The position numbers and the translations under genes are program-made. 20,000 nt of DNA from Catajapyx aquilonaris (Eukaryota): positions 112,155 through 132,154 of the forward strand of contig KZ538385.1 of NCBI GenBank assembly GCA_000934665.2. Direction: 5' to 3'. Under the pieces are notes generated by a model. It made no database searches. It saw nothing but the letters and a program-made list of their open reading frames with translations, and was not told where the DNA came from. Of this stretch, positions 9,553 to 17,011 are shown in pieces. Each line of letters begins with the position of its first letter. The stretch's first letter is position 1.

Positions 9553-10818
9553 CAGAAAAAGGACGTTTTGAGAGTACGTGTCGTACTGCATAATTTTAAA
9601 AAGAAATTGAAATAAGAGACTTTCAGAGAGAGGGAGAGAGAGAGAGTAGGAGAGAAAGAGAGAAGAAGAAAAAAAATCACATGAGGTCTCTCGCTTTTTG
9701 ACAATACTTGATCCCAGGGAGGAGCTATTTGCATGTTGAATACATACATAAGGGAGAGTGTGTGTGTGTGTTTCTTTTTTTTTTTTTGTATAAAATAATT
9801 GTCAAAGAAATGAAGCTAAAAAAAAATTGAGTGTCTGCCACTCATGTTGCTGTTCTTACGAGGGCTGATTTTATTGCGTGAGCGACTTTTCAGTAAAGGG
9901 CGTATTTATTTGTGGTATTGTTGGGAAAGAAACAATGCAGTTTAAAATGTTCAGTGTTGATAATCTTCGTGGTCTGTTTGTTCATTGAAGTCCTTTTTTT
10001 TTTTTCAACAATACTCATCCACTGACAATGGGGATCGAAAGAATGTATTTTTGTGCTCCGAGGGATTGCCAATCAATGCATTTAATTTATTTCGTCAAAG
10101 TCCCAAACCCGGTAACAATCAAATGCTATGTGTCATAATGTAGAGATGAGTACAGTTTTATTTGTTATTTTTTTACTGTTATTTTTTTTTAAAGGTGCAG
10201 TCTTAACTTTTTTGGCATTCCTCATTTATTATTTCGTCATACAATGGTCTAATTAATTGTTCTGGTGTGTTGTACAAAATATAAAGAAATCTAATGCTGC
10301 TTTTTTCGTTCTTGCCAAAAAAAAAAGTATTTGTCCTGCAAAAATAATTATTGAAGGTACAAAAGAGTCTATGATGCAACAGAGTAAAAAGTGTATGATA
10401 GTATGTTGTTAAGCTTTCTTGCTTTTTTCCGCCTGATTCTCCGTGGTCTCGTCCTTTTTCGGTAGTTAACATAGATCCGAAGCGTTTGCACTCAAAAGTG
10501 TCCTCCACATAAATGAGGTAGTTTTTACATATGTACTGTGTACTGTGCCATCTGGTGTTTTTAAAAAAAAAATTAGGAAAAAATATTATATATTGGGTTT
10601 TGTGGGATGATATAAAATGTAGAGGGCATTTTTGAGTTCAGACTAGTGCTTTTATAAAAATCAGACACTAAGTGTCAAAATTTATGTGTGAGCCCCAATT
10701 ATTATTATTTTTGTCTTTGTTGTAAGTTGTAAGTTCTACCAAAACGAGGTTGTAAAAAGGTAACTAATGTAGTTTTTCCGTGGGGGGTAAACAAGGGTGT
10801 TTTTTTTTTCCCCATCTT

Positions 10819-10930
10819 AGAAGAGGTTGCGAGTAAGCTCACGAAATTTCACGGAGCAAAGTTTTTCAAACCAAATTTTGAGAGGGTTAGCCTAGAGAAA
10901 TTTCAATTCAGCTTGGTCGCAACCTCTTCT
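10819..10930. mobile_element. Short inverted-repeat element (MITE-like or hairpin) in the probable NDST 3' UTR
   Basis: AGAAGAGGTTGCGA (10819-10832) is the exact reverse complement of TCGCAACCTCTTCT (10917-10930). Pairing extends imperfectly through AAGCT and GAAATTTC. Confidence 0.6.
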
Positions 10931-10972
10931 TTCAGAGCATTTTTGCGTTAAAAAAAAAATGATGATGATGTG

Positions 10973-10978
10973 AATAAA
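10973..10978 (+). terminator. Candidate NDST polyadenylation signal AATAAA
   Basis: AATAAA ~1.4 kb after the stop codon, followed by a genomic A-run. Confidence 0.4.
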
Positions 10979-11306
10979 AAAAGATGGTCATTTACAAAAA
11001 AAAAAAAAAAAGGGTTGGTCTTGTTAATTGAACGTTTGTTATTGAAGAAAACTTGCGGTTCTCCCGATCATCTCGACACGACCAAAAAGAAAATTTTCTG
11101 GAGCATTGGACTCAGGCTTAACTCCCACCTAGTGTTGTTGTTGTTGACATTAAGATATAATTATTTAATTATGCATGAATTTCATTAATATTATCGTGAA
11201 TTATTCAGTGCAATCCATAATTTCACTGAAACTTTGTATTTTAAATTTAATGATGATCTTAGCTAGGATTTGATTAATTAATGGCAATATTATTTAAATT
11301 ATTTTT

Positions 11307-11417
11307 CATTCATTCATTACACTCACAGCATATTCCCAAGATGGGGTTACCAGCGATGACCAGGAACAATCCACCTCGCCATCTCGTACGAACAGTTTAA
11401 TGAATCCTCTATTGACT
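11307..11417 (-). mobile_element. 5'-truncated retroposon 3' end with (GAAT)n tail
   Basis: GC-richer insert interrupting a satellite unit. The minus strand ends ...ggtaaccccatcttgggaatatgctgtgagtgtaatgaatgaatgaa. Confidence 0.5.
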
Positions 11418-11663
11418 GAAATAATAATTATATTAGAATATGGTTAATTAATGAAACAAAATCATTAATTGAATAATTATTATTACTGACACAATAGTGC
11501 AATCCATCATTTCACTGAATTTAAATTTAAATTTAAAGATCTAGATCAATTAACATTTAAATAATTACGAAATAATAATTACCACATTAGAATGTGATTA
11601 ATTAATGAAACTATCATTTATTAAATTAATATGAATTATATACATAATAGTGCCAATCCATCA

Positions 11664-11962
11664 CCAAAGCAGTTTGGAGTAGGGGATATGGTGTCCGCCT
11701 GCTAATCGGGAGGTCCTGGGTTCGAATCCCGGAGCCGGCAACTCTGACCGTGGTTTTCTGTGGTTCCCCACGGTCCCTCCAGGAAAATTCCGGAGTTGTT
11801 TCCGTAATTAATAGGCCACAGCCGCTTCCTTCCGCCCCTATCCTATCCCAAAGAGCACAGTAAAAATGAAAAGCAAAGAGTTCCAGGCAAAACAAAACTG
11901 AAAAACGTCTTCCCTAAAGAGCCGATGGCCGATGGCTGATAACGGGGTATGAATATTATTAT
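11664..11962 (+). mobile_element. tRNA-derived SINE with 16-bp target-site duplication
   Basis: Pol III A box TGGAGTAGGGG (11675-11685), B box GGTTCGAATCC (11719-11729), non-tRNA body and (TAT)n tail. TAGTGCCAATCCATCA is duplicated at 11648-11663 and 11963-11978. Confidence 0.9.
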
Positions 11963-12448
11963 TAGTGCCAATCCATCATTTCACTGAAACTTGAAATTTA
12001 TGTTAATCTCACCTTATCACGTCGCTCTTAGGATATGATTAAATAAAATATTTAAATAATTGCGAAATAATAATTATCCCAGAATATGGATAATTTATGA
12101 AACTATCTTAATTAAATAATTGCGAAATAATGATTATCTGAGAATATGATTAATTAATGAAACAATCTTAAATATAATTGCGAAATAGTAATTACCTTAG
12201 AATATGAATAATTTATGGGTTTGCGAAATAATAATTTAAGAATACGATGAATTAATGAAACGATCTTAAATAATTATGAATTATTGTCATTATTGTGCAG
12301 ATCCATCATTTCACTGAAATTCAAAATTGATTTTAATAATCCCATCGTAATTAAATATTTACATAATTGCGGAATAAGAATTATCTCAGAATATGATTAA
12401 TTAACGAAACAACCTTAATTAAATAATGGCGTAATAATATTATATTAC

Positions 12449-12700
12449 AATATTATTAATTAAGTACAGCCCATCGGGTACGGTAAATAAATAAAAAATT
12501 AAGTACAGCCCATCGGGGTACGGTTAATAAAAAATAAATAAAATATGATTAAGTACAGCCCATTGGGATACGGTAAATAAATAAATGAAATATTATTAAT
12601 TAAGTGCGGCCCATCGGGATACGGTAAATAAATAAATATTATTAATTAAGTACAGCCCATCGGGGTGCGGTAAATAAATATATAAAATATTATTAATTAA
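12449..12700 (+). repeat. Five-copy tandem array of TTAAGTACAGCCCATCGGGRTACGG + (TAAA)n
   Basis: Cores at 12460, 12499, 12549, 12600 and 12646, period 39-51 bp. Confidence 0.9.
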
Positions 12701-12906
12701 TGTAACAGTCTTAATTAATCATTATGAATTATAATATTGTGCAATCCACACATAATTTCACTGAAATTTGAATATATTTAATTTAATCCCATATCTTACG
12801 ATACGATTTAACCAATGAGATAATCCCATTAATTAAATTACCACGAATTATTCAATTTATAGTGCAAATCCGCAAGTTCATTAAATTTTAATTATAGTTA
12901 GTACAA

Positions 12907-12970
<64 letters not shown>
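12907..12970. repeat. (ATT)n microsatellite, about 21 units
   Basis: Directly visible. Explains the poly-I and poly-N ORFs on the minus strand. Confidence 0.97.
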
Positions 12971-12971
<1 letters not shown>

Positions 12972-13269
12972 GGTTTTTTGCTGTTTTGAAATGAGCGCGC
13001 CTTGAAGCGGAGTGAGGGTGCGGATGTTCTCCATTGCCCGCTTTCCTCGAATGGCGAACAGACGCGGCCGTGGCAACTTCACTCCCGTTCCTTCCGCTTT
13101 TGTGGTTGGCATCATTCTCCAAGATGGACGCCTCTCCGCTCGTCGCTTCCCTCCCCCTCGTCTCCTCAGCCTGACCCTTTTTCCCTTCTTAGTGCCGCCC
13201 GTCTCTCGTTTTTAACCCCCTTTGACACACTCCCTCCTCGCCAGGAGGTCACTCATTCAAGCATTCGGA

Positions 13270-13299
13270 GGTGACTCGCTTTGAGTCGCCACAACTAGT
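13270..13299 (+). mobile_element. Helitron-like 3' terminus
   Basis: Hairpin GGTGACTC-gcttt-GAGTCGCC followed by ACAA-CTAG|T. The 5' end was not identified. Confidence 0.45.
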
Positions 13300-13883
13300 T
13301 GGAAGGACGGCAGGTGATGTAACACGTAGGCTTAAATAAGTCGGGGCGGGAGGGTGGGTGGGTGGGGTTGTGGGGGGGGAAAAAAAGGAACAAAATGAAA
13401 ATTGCGCTAATTGCAATTACTGCACATTAAGGTTCATGTTAAGGTGCGTTGCCCCCCGGAACAGTACCTCAAGTGTATTGGGAGCTCCACGGCTTAATAC
13501 ACCGGACTAGGCCTGAGAATTTTTTTTTGCCCCCACAGGTACAATGGACACACAACATGCAGGGCATTGTTCTAATCGCTTTTAGTAGGACACGGAACCA
13601 TATGCTAGCATAAGAGGAACACAGGCCCCTATTCACATTTGTCGAGATTTTTCCCCCCAGTTTCATTCGGGACTAGGCCTGAGATTTTTGTTGTTTTTTT
13701 TTTGCATTAGAATCGCAGGGCGCAATGTGCAGCGCAACGTACAGCGCATGTTCATGTCCTCCTTACATGGAACGTTGTTTGCATAAAAAGGAACAAAACG
13801 GGTCAATGACCTTTTATGTTCAATTTCATGGCACATATTTGGCTCTTAAAGGTGCTGGCGTAATTATTGAAGCGGCTTATTGC

Positions 13884-13948
13884 ATGATGGGGGCCAAGCG
13901 TTGTGGTGTTGCAATAATTGCAACACCACAACGCTTGGCCCCCATCAT
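13884..13948. repeat. Perfect palindrome, 32-bp arms with 1-nt spacer
   Basis: ATGATGGGGGCCAAGCGTTGTGGTGTTGCAAT-A-ATTGCAACACCACAACGCTTGGCCCCCATCAT. Confidence 0.97.
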
Positions 13949-13951
13949 AGC

Positions 13952-14116
13952 AATCGTTACCATGGGAACGGTCACACATACGCTGCTTACTTGAAGCAGT
14001 ACTTTTTATCAAAATTGTGCAGTCACAATAATAATTATTGTGACCGCACAATTTTGATAAAAGTACTGCTTCAAGTAAGCAGTGTATGTAGTGTGACCGT
14101 TCTCATGGTAATGATT
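13952..14116. repeat. Near-perfect palindrome, ~81-bp arms with 1-nt spacer
   Basis: 13952-14032 versus 14034-14116, with four substitutions and two small indels. Confidence 0.95.
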
Positions 14117-14586
14117 CGTCGTAGAAACGCACTGTTGCTAATGGCGCTGTCAAGCGAGGACTGCGATGCTTCTGTCCATTAGAATGCCCCCAAGCCTACA
14201 GGAGTATTCCTCCTCGAAGTACTTCGATCGCAGTTGAAGAAATTTGCACCGACGTTACCAAGACAACAGCGGAGTTGCCATGGAAAATGGGTTGCATTCG
14301 GCATGAAATGGGACAAACGGACAAGCTTCGTCGTTTGTGTCTGTCGAGAGTACAACTGTAGACCTCCATTTCAAACGAAGCGACTTTTTTTTTTTTGCAT
14401 GGAATGCCGTTGCGTTTGGAAATTGACTTTTTCCATGTTCGGAGTAAGTTTCTTGTTTCCATGCTGATTTATGCGTTCAGAGCAGATGTTGAGACTGCAT
14501 TATCCCCCTCAACACCTGCGACCTTTAACGTGTAGGTGACCTTCAGTTGCTGCCAACTGCGTCTAGGCTGGATGGCAATTTCACCA

Positions 14587-14743
14587 AGGGTGTACAGTGC
14601 GGAAAACGAAACGACAATCTGACGTCATCGCCGCGCAGCAATATGGGGAAAACAGTTGTCAACAAAAGGAGCATTGTTTACGCCTATTGTTGCATGAGAA
14701 CAAAATGTCGGATCGTAGTTTCGTTTTCCGCACTGTACACCCT
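14587..14743. mobile_element. MITE (PIF/Harbinger-like termini)
   Basis: Perfect 26-bp TIR AGGGTGTACAGTGCGGAAAACGAAAC (14587-14612 / 14718-14743) with imperfect internal symmetry. The TSD is not clean. Confidence 0.75.
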
Positions 14744-14865
14744 CAGTACTGTACTTTTGTACTTTTGCCTGGTGCAATTGAACAGCATAGCATCAGACCT
14801 GCACATTTCTGCCTAGAGTGGAGGTAGGCAAGCGAAGGCCAGTCGTTACCGCCACCCTCGTGATA

Positions 14866-15264
14866 ATAATAATAATTGTGGCCTTGGCAACGCCATAAAC
14901 AGAGACGAAAAAATCGAATGTTTGCGCCTCTTATGTAGTATATGCTCCCGGCTCAGGGTATCTGCACGGACCTGTATTATTCTTTATAGTACAATTTCGT
15001 ACATCGGAACCTTTAACGAAGCGCCTGGGCCCACGGGCAGGATGACAGGAGGGGATGTCCAAAGTGCAGTTTAATGTCTTATCCGTGGTCGTTTTGTGAA
15101 CTCCCCCAGGTGGTTGAGTCTTAAGGAAATACCACCCAAGACGAAGCCAGAGACAGCCGCTAAACTCTGCAAGAGATGAAGGGGGTGTCCCTGGGCCGGG
15201 ATCAAACCCGGGACTTTAACATCCGTGGGCGCATATGTTACCGCAGCGCCACTTTTGTCTCCCT
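14866..15264 (-). mobile_element. Second tRNA-derived SINE (different family) with 11-bp target-site duplication
   Basis: Minus-strand A box TGGCGCTGCGG (15251-15241), B box GGTTTGATCCC (15208-15198) and (ATT)n tail at ~14866-14877. CCCTCGTGATA is duplicated at 14855-14865 and 15265-15275. Confidence 0.85.
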
Positions 15265-15843
15265 CCCTCGTGATATTGGGCTACATCAGGCCTCTTTGCG
15301 TGTAATTTAGGAGTAGGTAGCTCATGAAGGCTAGCTTTATCACCCTAAGTCGTCCCTCAGCCCAGATTCGCTTATCTTTTTGTCAAGGCAGGAATTAACT
15401 GACGGGATGTTTTTATCAGTCCTGCAAACACTTCGTATCTGGGCGTGCCCTATTTACCAGGAGGTGCCCCTTTTCTGAGAAGTAACTTATCCAACCTGCA
15501 TCACGATTAGTTAGGCAGTTTCCAGTGGTGGGCAAGTAGTGGAGCTGACTTTTTGGTTCACTGATTAGCATTTTCATTAACTTTGTAAACCCTTAGCGGA
15601 CCAATGATTAGCTTAATTTTTCGCTAAATGTAAGTCCGCTAACATATGTATTGAGGCCAAGAGAGCCATTTTAGAGGCTTGAAGCGTGGTACACAGGTAG
15701 GAAGTTACTCGGCCGAGTAGGTGATTACACTTGAACAGTAGCTCACTTGCCCTCAAACTTCCCCTATGAATCGGCCAGAAACCCGTTTGGGAGGCGAGTG
15801 AGCATGCGTAGTAGGCTGCTCGCTGCACTGCTGGACCGAGTAA

Positions 15844-15995
15844 AGGTGCATTAACATGTGAGCGATTTGACGAGCGAAATCTTCGCCGAGACTGAAATTA
15901 ACAATCGATTTTCGCCTCAAACATTGTTGGTTACTTGGGTTACGTAGCGTAGGCGAAGATTTCGTTCGTCAAATCGCTCACATGTAAACGCCACT
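15844..15995. mobile_element. PIF/Harbinger-type MITE with TAA target-site duplication
   Basis: 34-bp inverted arms 15854-15887 / 15952-15985 with one mismatch. TAA at 15841-15843 and 15996-15998. Confidence 0.8.
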
Positions 15996-16183
15996 TAACT
16001 TGCTACGTGTGTACCGCGCTTGATGTTTTTGAAGGCCAACCGCCATCACTTTGAAACGATTGAGTCGGAGATGGTCCAGCCAAAGTGAATTAACATTTTT
16101 CAATTGTACGAGGACCAGTCAAAACAAATTGAGACTAATTCGTTGGTGAATTTGCGGTGAATGGCATCAGTGTGCAGAAAGTA

Positions 16184-16450
16184 TAAAGGCCTGTCCACAC
16201 TAGCGAGTTTTCTTGTTCACGAGCCCCTCGTGCACGAAGCCTCCCAAGTTTTCCCCCTTCCTCCCAACCCCCCAGACCAAGTGTGATGCGATTGGCCCCG
16301 CCGGAAGCCCGCGAGTCCAAGAGGAAAGTTGGACAGGTTCTACTTTTCTCATGGACTCATAGACTCCCAGCCAATTGCGCCACACTTGGTCTATGGGGTT
16401 GGGAGTTGGGAGGAATGGTGGGAAACTCGAGACGCCTCACATGGTAGTCT
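16184..16450. mobile_element. Degenerate palindromic MITE
   Basis: CTCCCAACCCC..AGACCAAGTGTG (16261-16285) versus CACACTTGGTCT..GGGGTTGGGAG (16381-16405). Inner arms GAGTCCAAGAG/CTCATGGACTC. Left end taa-aggcctgtccacact is Harbinger-like. Confidence 0.6.
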
Positions 16451-16953
16451 GCTTTCAAAGAGACAGGTTTGCAGACTCACATCCGAGGACATCTTTAGCA
16501 CCACCTGCGCAGTGATTTTCCAGGAAGATCGCCGCAGAACAGTGGATGACTTTGCCAGAGTATATGGTAGTGCCAACATGATTTTGCATCGACAGTTGAA
16601 CCATTTTCACATGCAACGCGTTTGCGTCCGATGCGATGGGGTCCCAGGCTCTCGGTTATCTGTACCCACCACTGGTAGTTTCCCATGGCAACTACCACAC
16701 AAGCACTCTCTTGCACTAGACAATCCCGTAACTAGGTGGCCACTTGTTTCGTACGTTAGTATTATAGCTGATTGTATGTAATTTACTTATGGCATTACCA
16801 TGAAGAGAACGGTGTGCACAACACATGCAGAATTTTGACTGCGCGCCGAGATGTTTCTTTACATTACATTCACTAGAGTTGTAGTTATCCTGATCCAGCC
16901 CGTTGTTTTTTTTAAACAAGGATGTATTGTTTTCCGCAGGTTCAGCCGGAAGG

Positions 16954-17011
16954 ATGTCGCGGTACCGTGATGGTTGCCCTTTGGACTGCAAGGTCTACGT
17001 AGGAGATCTAG
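16954..17011 (+). CDS. SRSF7: SR protein coding exon 1
   Basis: Acceptor ttttccgcag at 16939 implies an upstream non-coding exon. ATG at 16954, donor G|GTACGT. Confidence 0.9.

Larger units (their letters stand above)
11160..12880. repeat. Degenerate AT-rich satellite-like array with a conserved GTGC(A/C)ATCCATCATTTCACTGAA box
   Basis: Box at ~11207, 11496, 11649/11964 (split by a SINE), 12295 and 12739. Sub-repeat AATAATTGCGAAATAAT..AGAATATG..AATGAAAC recurs from 12050 to 12420. Confidence 0.8.

Noticed and set aside
11664..11745. Functional tRNA gene (GCT anticodon-like loop)
   Set aside because: No proper acceptor stem or Ser-type variable arm. It continues into a SINE body with a tail and TSD.
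12449..12700. CRISPR array
   Set aside because: Eukaryotic intron-containing context, no cas genes, and the 'spacers' are short related (TAAA)n/AT runs rather than unique sequences.
12888..13122. Poly-Ile and poly-Asn ORFs on the minus strand
   Set aside because: Translations of the (ATT)n microsatellite.
13504..13684. 15-bp direct repeat GGACTAGGCCTGAGA (13504, 13670) as LTR or TSD
   Set aside because: Too short, with no element hallmarks between the copies. Likely a local duplication.
13725..14827. Overlapping ORFs with mirrored peptides on both strands
   Set aside because: Artefact of palindromic DNA and MITEs.
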